From: Leucoraja ocellata
Taxonomy: Eukaryota
Reading direction: 5' to 3'
DNA: 64,000 nt
NCBI GenBank assembly: GCA_036785375.1
Contig: JAWMAR010000030.1
Coordinates: 6,448,001 to 6,512,000, forward strand
Shown: positions 24,371-37,550 of the stretch, piece by piece
How the letters are laid out: every line of letters begins with the position of its first letter
Numbering within the stretch: position 1 is the first letter of the stretch
Made by a program: the position numbers and the translations under genes
The notes under the pieces: generated by a model
Seen by the model: only the letters and a program-made list of their open reading frames with translations
Databases searched by the model: none
What the model was told of the DNA's origin: nothing

Positions 24371-26711
24371 CTGAGGGTTTGGGAAACAGATGGGGAGGTG
24401 GCTTCAGATGCTGTTGCAGAGCTGTGATTGAAGAAACATTTTCAAAGAGGGTTCATCATAGGGTTCATCATATGCATACTGCCTAAAAAGGTGTTATCAC
24501 CTAATCTTACTTCCCAGACCTTATAGGTTACAGTACAACAAGTCTTCATTTTTTAAATGCAACTAGGGCTGTTCCCTCCATCACGTTATCATGCATTGAT
24601 TTTCAAATCTCTTCCACTTGGTGAAAGATCAGAACTTGTGAACTCATCAAGCTTAGATCCTTTGTGTGTCTTCCCCCATTATTCACTTGAACATTTATTA
24701 CATTATATATATGATAGAAATTCAGATAGATGAGTAGAGTTTAATGCGTAACCTTTACAACGCAACATTTGAAGTATGAGAAACATCTTTGGGATTTTGT
24801 GTAAACAAGTTAATTCTCCCATGATGATGGTTATGGATATTTTTTAACAATGTGGTCATATTTAACTTTTAACTCAACACTGCGATATGCTTTGGAGAAG
24901 TGAGGCATAGAACCATGTAGAATTATCACGCATTAAGTTTGGAAGATAGTTCAACATATTCATCTGAGCTAAAGGTACTGCCTACCTGTGTTACCTAGAC
25001 CACTACCCTATCCCAAACTCCAGTTATCGCAAACAAAACAACACACGTTTTACCACCAAGTAAACATTTCAGCCCACTTAACTGGAAGAGAAGAATCACA
25101 TTATTGGAAATTTCTTCAAACCTCCCATCATCTGTGAGCTTTGCCAATATTTCACATACATATTTTCATTATAAATCACACTGCTGAGCAGAACGAATGC
25201 TTACAGCATGAGAGTTCTTTGATCACAGTGTGAAATGAGTGAGACCACTGGCTAACAGATTGAAACTGTCTCTAAATTCCAACACAATAGATATCATGTA
25301 AAATACTTGCAATAGGAAATGTTAACACAAATCGAATAATTTGATTTGCAGTTTCTAAGCCATCCAGAATTCTAATCTCCCCCCCCCCCCCCCCCCCCCC
25401 CCCCCCACAGCAGTTTGGGACAGCACCTTCCTCATTGTTCTGAGGACAGCATGTATCAGGGCAATCAATTAATTTCCGTCAAGATGCCTTAATGGTTTTC
25501 TTCAAACCTGAAGTTATGCTTGTTAATTCTGATGTGTAAAAATGGCAATGAATAATTCTCCAGAAACTGGCAGAAAATGACTGTCATGTGTACCACAAAT
25601 AATGGTTATTGAAAGAGATAACCCATCTGATCAGGGATTATATGGACAGAAGGAAACTATTTGGTCCATTGCGTCTTTAATTATTACTCGGACAGCTCAT
25701 TGAAAGAACTCTCCATGTTACACACTTCCCTCTTTATTTCTTTTTGAGTATTTCTATTAAATCTGGTTCTATTGCCCTTTCAGAGAGTGTGTTCCAAATC
25801 AGTATAGCTTGCTGAGTAAATTATTTTCCTCCCGTAGGCTTCTTCCAATTATATTATATCAATGTCCTTTGGGTTTTGACCATTGTGCTACTAGATAAAG
25901 TACTCGATGTGCTTTGAGACGCAGACCTTTCTTGGTTTAATACCGGTTTTCAGACATCATGGATGAGATTTTCACATTATTTCAGGGTAACTCACACTTG
26001 TTTCAACATTAGTTTAGGAACAGCACAAATCATCAGAGATTGAAAATCCTTGCATAGAATTACATTTAGCACAATTTTCCAGGGAGAAGAAACTGCTACA
26101 AGTTAATGGGCTGTGGTCAGTTTTAGGAACCTTCTGTAAGCAGCGAGGCAAGATATTTCATGGAGAATAATACATAGGACTGATGAAGGAAAGATATTCA
26201 GTGTGACAGTTAGAGGAATGTTAAGGCATTGACATAAGATTGGGCATCAGCAGGGGCAATGCAATTGAATTTTACTATAAAATCATAAATCCCGCGACTT
26301 TTTCAAATCACGTGTAGTTTGTGCATGATTACACTTTGTGTAGTATTCTCATTGTAAATGTACTGTGTGAAGAGGCAGATAGTGGATAGAGGTGATTTCC
26401 AGGAGGAAAGTGGTTCAGAGGAAATGAACTGTCTGTGCAGCAGCCATATTTGTGGAAGTCATTCCTGTTATGATGTTGCAACACTTGCAGAAACTGCTAA
26501 AACATACACCATGATTGCTTTATATACATTGGTGGAAAAAAACAATAATTTTGGCTATTGAATTCCCCCTCCACTAGCAGTGCTTGATACAATGTATTTC
26601 TGCCAATTAATCCTTCATCTTAGGTAGTTTAACATTTTGTAAGAAATGCGGGAGAGAGATTGCAACATGCGCCTTAATTTAGTTCAACAAAGAAACTGAC
26701 AAGTTACTAAA

Positions 26712-27497
26712 GAACTATAGACCAGTTAGCCTGTCATCGGTGGTGGGGAAGATGCTGGAGTCAATCATAAAAGATGAAATAGCAGCACATTTGGCTAGCA
26801 GTAACAGGATCGGTCCGAGTCAGCATGGATTTATGAGTGGGAAATCATGCTTGACTACTCTTGGGGAATTTTTTGAGGATGTAACTAGGAAAATGGGCAA
26901 GGGAGAGCCAGTGGATGCAGTGTAGCTGGACTTTCAGAAAGCATTTGATAAGGTCCCACATAGGAGATTAGTGAGCAGAATTAGGGCACATGGTATTGGG
27001 GTAGAGTGCTGACATGGATAGAGAAGTGGTTGGCAGACAAGAAACAAGAGCAGCAATTAACGGGTCCCTTTCAGAATGGCAGGCAGTGACTAGTGGGGGT
27101 ATCGCAAAGGTTCGGTGCTGGGACCGCAGCTATTTACAATATATATTAAAGATTTAGATGAAGGGATTACAAGTAACATTAGCAAATTTGCAGATGACAC
27201 AAAGCTGGGTGGCAGTGTGAACTGTGAGGAGGATGTTATGAGAATGCAAGGTGACTTGGACAGGTTCACATAGAGAGTTGTGAGTGTGGAATTCTCTGCC
27301 TTAGAGGCCGGTGGAGGCCGGTTCTCTGGATACTTTCAAGAGAGAGCTAGATAGGGGTCTTAAAGATAGCGGAGTGAGGAGATATGGGGAGAAGGCAGGA
27401 ATGGGGTACTGATTGTGGATGATCAGCCATGATCACATTGAATGGCGGTGCTGGCTCGAAGGGCCAAATGGCCTCCTCCTGCACCTATTGTCTATTG
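26712..27497 (+). mobile_element. CR1 LINE with RT core and internal deletion
   Basis: QHGFMSGKSCLT, LDFQKAFDKVPH, GSVLGP and KFADDTKL motifs, then an abrupt jump at about 27266 to the 3' end. Confidence 0.92.
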
Positions 27498-28044
27498 ACC
27501 TAGACAGGTAATATTATCTCTAGTTAATGCACCACTGTACCTGGGCAGTAATTTTCAGAGGACACTAATTTATGGTGGTAGACACGTGGTTGATGTAGAG
27601 GTTGCATTGATCAGTATCAACACCTACTGTTTATTGGCTCCAGCTCAGCACTGGTGCTCCAGAAATTCTGCTTGTACTCTGTCACTCTTAAGAAACCCTC
27701 CTTACACTCCCAACTAGTCCCCATGGTCCATTAATGGAGGGGATACATGGGTAAGATAGACTCCTTCGAGATCATTCTCAAACTTGGTAATTCCTTTCCA
27801 AACATGATTTATTTTCCAACTGTTGACCTGCTAGCAAGCATGAATACCATAACAAAGAAACTTGTAAATGTTGAAGAGGGATATAATTTTCAGTATTTAT
27901 TGATTATGTATTGATTCTGAAAGATAGCAGGTACCCCTCCTGTTTCCTCGTCCCTTTCTCAAGATTATATTAGGAGTGCAGTGAGAATGATTTTGTTTCC
28001 ATACACAATTATGCTCTTTACTTCAGCTAGCAGCTGGAAACAAC

Positions 28045-28240
28045 CTGTGGAATTCACAGTGGAGGCCAATTCACTGGATGTATTCAAGAGAGAGTTAGAT
28101 TTAGCACTTAGGGCTAAAGGAATCAAGGGATATGGGGGGAAGCAGGAACTGATTTAAGATGATCAGCCATGATCATATTGAATGGCGGTGCTGGCTTGAA
28201 GGGCCGAATGGCCTACTCCTGCACCTGTTTTTCTATGTTT
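28045..28240 (+). mobile_element. CR1 3' tail
   Basis: gatcagccatgatcatattgaatggcggtgctggc...ggcctactcctgcacct. Confidence 0.85.
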
Positions 28241-28302
28241 GTGTACAAAGTAGAATGGTAGATTGGAAGATTGAACAAAATATATGTTTTTAAATCAAAG
28301 CA

Positions 28303-28350
28303 GGTTGATTGCATTCGTTGAAACACATGAAGGTAACAATCTCCCACCCC
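28303..28350 (-). mobile_element. Decayed copy of the HDV-ribozyme-headed retroposon
   Basis: Minus strand GGGGTGG GA GATTGTT ACC TTCATGT [deletion] GTTTCAA CGAA TGCAATC AACC aligns to 48095-48152. Confidence 0.7.
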
Positions 28351-28459
28351 TTGGAAATTGCTGACATCCATAGGCACTGGTGCTCTAAATTCCAGGGTCA
28401 CTGGAAATGGCTGGTGAGAGGATTGATGGATGGGTTTTACTTTTTCAAAATCCGGGTAT

Positions 28460-29220
28460 GATTACAGCACACTAGAAAATAGCGAATGGTATTTGAAAAG
28501 AAAGTAGAGGCTGAATAAAGGCCCAACGAACAATACAAGCAGGAGAAGGCAGCATCATTTTGTGAATGAGTAACCTTGTTTGACCAATTTATTGAATATA
28601 CCTGGAGGCATGTGATTAAGAATTTACAGGTTCTTAAAAGATATAATAAAAGCTCATGGTATAGAAATACCACATTGGCATGGATAAAATATTGGCTTGC
28701 TAATAAGAGAGGGTGGTCATAAATGGCTCACTTCAGGTTGGAAGATGTAACAAATGGTTTAAAATGGACATCACTGCTGGAGTCTCAACCTCTTTCAATA
28801 AATGACTCATTTGCTGTTGACACAAAAATAGATAAAAGAGTAAATTGCAAAGAGGATGTGAGGTTGAAAGAAACAGAGACAGGTTAATTGAGAGGACAAC
28901 AATTTGGTAGAAGAGATAAATAAGAGATTGCAGAGCTCTGAGATACAGAGAGATCTGGGTGACTCAGAAGACTAGTTTGCGGGTACAGCAAGTGATTAGG
29001 AAAACTAACAATGTTTTACTTTGCAAGGGGAATCAAATGCAAAAGTAGTTGGATAATGCTTCAGTTGTAAAGGGCATTGGTGAGTTTGCATCCAGAGTAT
29101 TGTGTATCATATCGATGTCCTTATTTATGGAAAGATATAAATGTGTTGGAGCAAGTTCGGAGATTTAGCAGGCTTGATATCCAGAATGGGCGGAATGCCT
29201 TATGAAAATAGGCTAAGGAA
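28460..29220 (+). mobile_element. Old degenerate CR1 RT region
   Basis: Recognisable remnants: ttgctgttgacacaaaaata, tgcttcagttgtaaagggcattggtgag...gagtattgtgta. Confidence 0.6.
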
Positions 29221-29359
29221 AATAAGTGCAAGACTACAAAATTAATTTGTAAATAAGTAAATATTTTTACATTTGGACTATCGTGTTACAGTCACATGAA
29301 CAGTTTAAAAAGCTAAAGTGAAATTAAATACAAGGCCATAATCTGAACCTGAATTTGGA

Positions 29360-29840
29360 ACCCATGTCTGAGGAAGGATGTGCTGGGATTCCAGAGGAGG
29401 TTAACAGGAATGGTCCCAGGTTGATTGTGTTAACGTATGAGGAGCGTTTGATGGATCTGGGCCTGTACTCGCTGGAGTTTAGAAGGATCTCATTGAAACC
29501 TGCTGCATATTGAAAGGCCTAGATTGAGTGTATGTGGAGAGGATGTTTCCAGTGGTGGGAGAGATTAGGACTAGAGGGCACAGGATAAAATAATGTGATA
29601 TTAGAATGAAGATGAGGAGGAATTTGTGGAAATCAGTGCCATGAACAGATGTGTGGCCAAGTCATTGGGTATTTTTAAATCCAAGATTGATAGGTTCATG
29701 ATTGGTATGGACATCAAAGGTTACGAGATAAAGGACGGAGAATGGGGTTGAGAAGGATAAATTGAGCAGTTACGATGAAATGGCAGAGCAGACTTGATGG
29801 GCCAAATGGCCAAATTCTGTTCCTATGTCTTATGATTTTA
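29360..29840 (+). mobile_element. CR1 3' fragment
   Basis: ctgggcctgtactcgctggagtttagaagg...gtggagaggatgtttccag. Confidence 0.85.
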
Positions 29841-31344
29841 TGAACCAAAAATGACAGTTATTCAAATTATATGGTATTCTGTTAGCTAACCTATCAGGGG
29901 AAAAGGAAGAGTAACAGTTCAATTTTCAGCCGCCCAAAATTCAAAACAGGTCTTCAATCAAGGAAGATTATCCTGTAGTCATATACTTGTGGAAGGGGCT
30001 CTGTAAATCACTTGTTGATTAGAATTACAAATTATGGGTTTCATTCAATAGCAAAGAAAGACAAGTTAAGAAAGTATGGGTTGATAGATTTCCAGAATTA
30101 TTGGTGTCCACCATTATATTATTCTTACACAGAATCAGTACACAAAATGGCATTTTTATAAATGCTACAATAAAATTCACCGGCATGGTAAAATGATGGT
30201 CCTTTTTATTGCAGATGCGCTCTGAACCTGGCCTGCCCTCCAGTCTGCTCATGTGTAATTATTATGAATTGTTTATGTGCAAATGCCAGGATAATCAGAT
30301 ATTAATGACCTGGAAATTTAAATGAATTTCCACATAACAAATGTGTTTTAACCCAAGGTTTTAATTTAAGTGTCAAAGGTAGGGACACAAAGGGGGGTGG
30401 ACATTTTTTGACTATGGGTTTGTTAACCCGGAGCTGTGAATTTCCAAGCACCTGCTAATCAGCAAATTCCCTTAATGATAGAAATTAGCCTCTAATTGAT
30501 CTCAGAAAATATGCACATTTATACCAATTAGATTTTGTGGCCTTTAAATGGTAGTCTAATTAAACACATTGCATTAACAGCAGGATGGCACATATCACTG
30601 TGTGTCTTGGAGATCTTGGAATTATATAAAATTGTCTGACTTGTCATGAGCAATGCCACAAAAGATTCACTGGCATTACTTAATGTTACTGTCAAGGCTT
30701 GCAGTTATATTGCTCATTTGGTTACCCTGAAGAAATGTCAGTAGCCTTTCCTTTTGATATAACAGAAGGGTTTGCTTGGCCAATTCAAAGTCTTCTGTAT
30801 GTTTTGGCAATTGCATGTTATTCAGCATAATATATGGTGGTTGACACTACACTGAAGTTTCACCTTTACTGATAATTGCTTTCCCATTTCTAGATTTAAA
30901 AAAAATGCAAATACATAAATTCCAGTTGTGTGAATTTAATTCTCCCTGGATTGCTAGTCCAGCAGTAATTCAAAAATAAGAATTTTAATACTCAGTTATC
31001 TTTTGAACCTTTTGAGCCATGTTAATTTGCAATGAATGATCTGGACAGGCATACAGAAAGGTTTGTATACTACCCGTTGTTCTTAACAATTTATTTATTT
31101 GCACTCTGTATGGTTTTCATTTTACAATTATCAAACCCATTTGTTCTGAACACCCCCTTCGTGATCTTCTGAAAGATTGTGTTTCCAAAGAATGGCTGCT
31201 GTGCTGTCTGCTTGTCTTCAACCCTCAATGTTGCTCCCGCATGATGTCCAGGTGCTCAAAGCAAACAAGCATGTACTCTGCCGGTCTCTTAGCTATATCA
31301 TATTAAATGTAACATAATCTGAAACGTTCTGTTTCTTTCAACAG

Positions 31345-31439
31345 CCTCCAGTACTACAGCCTTCCAGCTACACATGCAGCACCAAAGATCGCAGCATGGG
31401 AAAATTAGCAAAACCAGTCCATACCGAGGACCTCAGTAG
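31345..31439 (+). CDS. CCSER2: Alternative reading frame of the same exon (short-isoform C-terminus)
   Basis: (x)SSTTAFQLHMQHQRSQHGKISKTSPYRGPQ* (TAG 31437-31439) matches the recalled human short-isoform end TSSTTAFQQPSQTHRSHPGKTNKATTYRGPQ*. Confidence 0.7.
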
Positions 31440-32277
31440 GAATCAGAAGAATGGATCTAATGAGAACTGCCCCCAAACTAACCAAGAAGGAAAAAATGTT
31501 GTTTGCTCACAGTTGGATTCTGATAAAGGCTTCACTCTGTCGACCCAACAGAAGAATGAAGACTCTAATGACAGATCTGCCCAGAAACCCCCAGTCTCTA
31601 ACAAGACCAAGCAGAGTCCAGCTGCGCTGCCTAGGGAACATGGGCATAGTCAGGTTTCAGTCCAGCCGGTCAGTTTGCCCGGCTGCTCATTATTTACAGA
31701 AGAAGCCTTGAATAAAGACTATCGTCCCAGGTTTGCTTTCAAACAGCCTTCCAAGGATTTGAATATTAAATCCAAAATCCAGACTTCAATTGTGAAGTCT
31801 CCTCTGGTCTCGAAGCCTAGAAAAAATGTGCTTGCAATCTCTCAGGCAGCACTTAGCCCTGTAGACAGTTCAGTTCAACCATCTATAAATAATCAAAAGG
31901 AATCAGAACAACACCTCCAATTATCAATACCCACAAATATTTCTACACAAAAAGATGAACAACAAAAAAGAAAATCCAAACTATCACCTTCCCTATCATC
32001 ACCACTTCTGAGCATTAAGACTTCAGCATTTTCAGCCAGTCCTGGGTCTCTTCACAAGGAGATCCAACAGGTTGAGTCCACCAAATACCAAGACGAACCA
32101 TCATCTCAGATCCTACCATCAGACAAGCAACAGAAGAAGCACAGAGAAGATTGTTCTGCAAAAGATCAGGGTGATGAATCCCAGGCAGACAAACTTGCAT
32201 CATCTGTTCGGCATTCTCGCCTTCCTAAACCAAAGACGCATGCATCCACTCCCACAAGTTGCAATTTTCAGGGCTAA
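31345..32277 (+). CDS. CCSER2: Terminal coding exon of coiled-coil serine-rich protein 2 (long-isoform frame)
   Basis: Acceptor ctgtttctttcaacAG at 31343-31344, phase 0, 310 open codons. PPVLQPSS...GKLAKP at the start and SRLPKPKTH near the end match my recollection of vertebrate CCSER2 (PQVLQPSS...GKLIKP; SRLPKPKIH). S/P/Q/K-rich. Confidence 0.85.
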   Translation, partial: PPVLQPSSYTCSTKDRSMGKLAKPVHTEDLSRNQKNGSNENCPQTNQEGKNVVCSQLDSDKGFTLSTQQKNEDSNDRSAQKPPVSNKTKQSPAALPREHGHSQVSVQPVSLPGCSLFTEEALNKDYRPRFAFKQPSKDLNIKSKIQTSIVKSPLVSKPRKNVLAISQAALSPVDSSVQPSINNQKESEQHLQLSIPTNISTQKDEQQKRKSKLSPSLSSPLLSIKTSAFSASPGSLHKEIQQVESTKYQDEPSSQILPSDKQQKKHREDCSAKDQGDESQADKLASSVRHSRLPKPKTHASTPTSCNFQG

Positions 32278-35200
32278 CTGAAGCCTGATGTTAAACACTC
32301 ATAGTACAAGTCTGCCTGCCAGATGAGATTTCACCAAGTCTGGATATGGCAACTGTTAACTTGGCCCAATTAACTTCCCCCATTCTAAATGACAGCTCCT
32401 GCTGACCATACTGATGCAATGGCAAAGACCGGCATTCACAGACTCTTGAGACACTATAATTGCAGTGTGTGGCCTTTTGCTTTTGGAGAATCCAGAACAT
32501 CAAACATTTTGGGCAGATTTTGCCAGGGTGGGACAGGACAAGAAAACTAATTGTGGAACAGTTTTTGAATCTGTAATGACTTGGACATGAATCACTAAGT
32601 TGTAAACCTTGACAGAGGCATGAAGAGCAGGATTTATTTTAAGCAAAAACTGTATTAGTACTTTGTTGTCTTTTATTTCAGCTAATCTGATTAAACATGT
32701 TATGATTGGAAAGACGATAAGAGAAGGCAACTTACCAGGAAAGTGGTAATTTTAATCTTAGCTGATCCATCGGAGTTGAATATTTTTGTTTGTTTAAACT
32801 ATTAGATTAAAAATATATTTAAGTTAAACTTCTGGAGGTTTAGATTCTAATATAAGTAATAAAAAAAATACAGCATTAAATTGCCTGGAATGGGAATCAT
32901 ACTTACAAGATCTTTACCAGAAAGAATGGGCGTCAAGTCTAATGTATCAAATATTTCAGAAGATATTTCCGTCAGCTTGCCTAATCCTCTAAAGGCAACC
33001 AGAAGAGAGTATCAATCTTTTCAATTCAACTGGCGCTGGGCAACATTCAATGTTAAGGCCATTTGGTGGAAAGGGATGTTGTGTTCCTTTCCATGCATCA
33101 CTCATGCACATTTTACAGTGTATTTGATTATGTACAATTGCCCCACCAACAGATAGATGGCTAAATGCCAAATATTTCAAATAACTGTGCCATGAATCAC
33201 AGTCATGACCTTTCATCTCAGATTCATGGGCTATTTTTCTTCCTTTGTGGGTTTAACTGATCTTCATTGCATCTTTTAGGTAGTCTTACAAACTAGACCC
33301 CAGTAGGCATAAACCCACAGAACAGATCTCTCCAGTAATTTGACATCCTCCCTTGGAGAGGCTACATAGACAGATGGTGTGGGAATTTCACAATTCCTTA
33401 GTGCTTTTTTGAGGTCACCGATATACTGGGCAAACAACATCGAATTTTGGGCTATATTCCTGTGCCTCGGCATGAATCACCTTGGGCACAACCTGCATCT
33501 CTGATGTAGTCCTATTGCGTTGGTAGGGAAGTGCTTAATTCCAACTGTCAATCAATACAACAGTGATTTTAGCAAGAGCTGAGATTGTCGTGAACTGTTG
33601 AGTGTAAAATGCCAAATTTAAGTTGATGCTATGACTACCCCCTGAGATGGCAACTGGTCATCACTTTTCAATAAGAGTTAACTTTATCATTCCAGATTGC
33701 GTGCATGCAATTGCTACAGCTGGCATACACTTGGAATGTTTATATCACCCTCACTGCCAGAAATAAGATGAAACCTGTGACCTCAGCCTCAAACAGTTAA
33801 ATACATTTACCAGTGCAGGATAGAAAGGCAGAATCTGGAGTTACCTTTAGGCTAGATTTTACATATTGTTCAGGGGCTGTCACAGAGAATTCCACATAAA
33901 ATTATTCCAAGTAGCTGTCCATCTGAATGTACAAGTCCATCACGTACTTCAGGTTCAGAGGTGAGATGAGGTGGAGGAGAGTTGAGTGAGATTTCTCTTG
34001 GCTTTTATTGTCAAATCCTTGTGAAAATTTGGTCCATGCAAATGGAGGGAAGCTACCCCTATTATTGTAACATGGTCACTGTCTTTTGCTCCCTCTGGTT
34101 AGACACTGACAAATTGGAGGCAGGAAATCTCGACCAACCTCCCCCATCCCAATATATCGGTTCCTGAGTCTGACTCATTGAAGCAATACTTGACTTTGAA
34201 TTTAAACAAACTCTTTCCTGTCCCACCCCACATTTTGTCATGGATAAATATTTTGCTGGTTTGGACCACGTTTTGATATGTTTAAAATAATTTTGCACAA
34301 CGAGGCAGAGGAAGCCATTTGGCCTGTCGTCCATGCAATCCTATCATTACTATTCGCCCACTTATTTCCCCGTAATCTTTTCTCTCTCTAATGTCCACCA
34401 ACCCGTATACAGAGTCATTTACAGTAGCCACTTCACCTTTTTTGAAATGTAAGTTGAAACCAGACCATTGGTAGAACCCATGTGAAGCAGAGAGAATGTA
34501 CAAACTCTGCATAGCCAGCACATTGTTCATTTTTGTTTATAACAGTATTCCAAAGTACAAATATCTGAATTTAAAGTCAGATATTTCTATTCCTGGAAGT
34601 AGCCCATTCAGCCTGTATCAGCATGAGCTTCTGCATTTTTCAGCATTTATTATAGAATCCCTGGATTCTCCTCCAATCTTAGTGCTTATATAAATGTATG
34701 AAGCAAATGTAAAATGAAACTGGGAGGTTCAGCAATAGAGATCTTGTTAAAATGTCATCATTTATCACATGGAACTACACCGATGTTCTCGGTGTGTGTA
34801 AACAACAGTGGTCAATGCACAATGCTGTCAAATTGTTACATTCCCAAGTTAATATTAACATGACTCAATGTCTTATAACATTTGACACAGGGAGTTTAGA
34901 GGAGATTTACTTAGTTAGGGATGCATTGTCAGAAACCTAGTCCTCATTTACTTCATATGGATCATATTGTTTCATATTCAGTTCATAACATTGTATTTCC
35001 ATACAAATTCCAATATCCATATTTGTAGCGGGAACTGCCTGTGTAAACCTATCACACTATAATCACTCCTCCTGTTTCTTGTAGTATTGCAGTAACCTCA
35101 GATATTTAATACATCATAAATGCAAGTTCGTTCATAACATATATACATAATCATTACGGGTGTTCGTGAATTGTTCAATTGCATTTTGCCCAGGTCCTTG

Positions 35201-36550
35201 TGGATTTATAAGTTGCTAATTATAATCAATTCTGTATCAAGCGGGCTGCTGTGTCTAAGTGCAATATTTGCAGTTGTAATGATGAAATGAGGTTCAGACA
35301 GTTCACTTAATGTATATGCAAAGTTAATTATTGACTAAATCTGTGGAGCTACATAATAGATTAAATTAATGAGCAGTTGCACTTTAAATGATCTATGTGT
35401 CGGAGAGTTGTGCCTATACTGAGTACGCGGCACCAAGTCAGAAGTAGGATTTAACAGTTTGCTGCAATCGTTCTTGTTGCTTTAGGTGGTAAGTGCTGTT
35501 TGCATTGCACAGTAATATTGTGCCTCACTGTTATAATAAAAACTCCCAGCTGGTGGCTCCTGTTCTAGTCAGGAATCTGGCAATATTTAGTTTGTCAACT
35601 GTGTTGCACATTTTGACATGTTCAGTCTTCCCTGGAATGGAAACTGAAATCCAGGTCTAATCTTGGGCTGGGGACATGAATAAAAAGGTTGTTACTCATG
35701 TGCTCCTACTAGTCTTAATTTGTGTGAATGCTTAATATACGGCAAACTCAAGCCACCTTGGTCTCCATTTCAAAGCCATGATTTAAAACCAATTAAGAAT
35801 TTGTTAAGATCACAATATGACTAAGCCTCAGGAAAACAACTTTGCTGTTTGTAGCAAAACTACTAAATAAAGCCTTCCATAGCATTTGCTAAAATGACAA
35901 ACTGTTAATCCCCAAATGAAGAGAGACAGTTTCTTTCTGACCAGGCACTGACATGATTTGCAGCATTTTATGTGTGCACTTTATCATTCCCTAAACTTTG
36001 CTGCCAAGTTTGATTCATCTGGGAATCATCCCTAAATGACTGCATTCCTGACACCTGTACAAATGAACCAAGGCAGTGCTCCATTTATAGGTGCGGCACT
36101 ACTTGACTTATACCGTGTACAGAGAAAACATTCTCCACCAAAGTTGCGACATTTTGCTGGCCACAAACAGTACCTTCAGAGACTGCAAAGTTCTTTGCAG
36201 TGTATTCCAGGAGACATAATATGTCATGCAAATGCAAGGTTTCCTTTAACAACACGGTTATGTATCCAAATAGGAACTGCAACCATCATATTCTTTAAAG
36301 CAAGCGTTCCTTAATTGTATTATGAAGAATACACAATTCAAGAAAATACACTGTGGGTGATGGAAAGATTTAGATTTTTAAATGTATTCAAATTGAATTC
36401 CGTATGACATTGAAAGATATGGAATCAGCAGCATGGAGGTTTTGTCTATCTATTTAGTTTGTTTACCTGAGCTACTTCTCAGCATGTTGCTCTCAGCTTG
36501 ATGCATTAATTGGAGAAAGTTTAAAATAAAATTACATTTCTATTGCCCAA
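32278..36550 (+). other. CCSER2: Candidate long 3' UTR of CCSER2
   Basis: About 4.3 kb nearly free of young repeats after the stop; AATAAA at 32858-32863 and 36525-36530 (others near 35679 and 35866). Confidence 0.45.
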
Positions 36551-37319
36551 GCAATTTATTGTTTTCTGCACTTATTACATGATTAGTGTGAACAGTCGGG
36601 ACTCAGAAATCTCCACTGCAACTGATTCTATTCGTGGATACATTTGAAGCAATGTAATTTCAATTTTTCTTCCAGCTCGCTTCCGACTCACTCACAAATT
36701 CCCATTCATCTCGCTCACATGTGGAATGCTCGCCAACATTCTTAACCAAGCACAAGAAATAAAATGCATTTGTTTCTTCACTCTGCACCTGGTAAAATGA
36801 ACAATGAGTCCCTCTCTTCCCCACCCAACCCTTCCCATCATCTCATGGTCCATCCAAAGCTGTCAAACTAGATCGATGGACAATTGCTGGCAATGACCCC
36901 GTTCAGACTGGCAAATGGTGTTGCACCTACATCTGGCTGGATCTCTTACATGAGCTGAGACAACAACAATGACCACAGGCAGTGAATCATTGATTTATGG
37001 CAGTGAATTAATATTTGCAAATGTAGATCTGTCTTTACCATAAATGTTCCAACCTTAACATAGTGGATAAAAACTTTATCCTCAGCCCATCTACGAGAGG
37101 ACAACACAGTAGATGTTGTTGAATTCTGACTTTGTGCAAATTCCACACAAACTGGATAACATTCTCCCTGTGACCATGTGTTTTCTCTGGATCCTCCAGC
37201 TTCCCCTCACAACCCAAAGAAGTGCGGGTTGGTTGCTAATTAGTAACAGTGTGGTAGGAACATCAGTGTAGGCAAGTGAGAGGGAGAATAGGTTATATGA
37301 AAAATATGGAGCAATGGGA

Positions 37320-37550
37320 CATAGAAACATAGAAATTAGGTGCAGGAGTAGGCCATTCGGCCCTTTAAGCCTGCACCGCCATTCAATATGATCATGGCTG
37401 ATCATCCAACTCAGTATCCCGTACCTGCCTCTCTCCATACCCCCTGATCCCCTTGGCCACAAGGGCAACATCTAACTCCCTCTTAAATATAGCCAACAAA
37501 CTGGCCTCAACTACCCTCTGTGGCAGAGAGTTCCAGAGATTCACCACTCT
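37320..37550 (-). mobile_element. Young CR1 3' tail
   Basis: catagaaacatagaaa (antisense TTTCTATG repeat) and CR1 3' UTR. Confidence 0.9.

Noticed and set aside
26649-26667. gggagagagattgcaac as a third HDV-element copy
   Set aside because: Only about 17 nt similar; no P3, P1' or tail.
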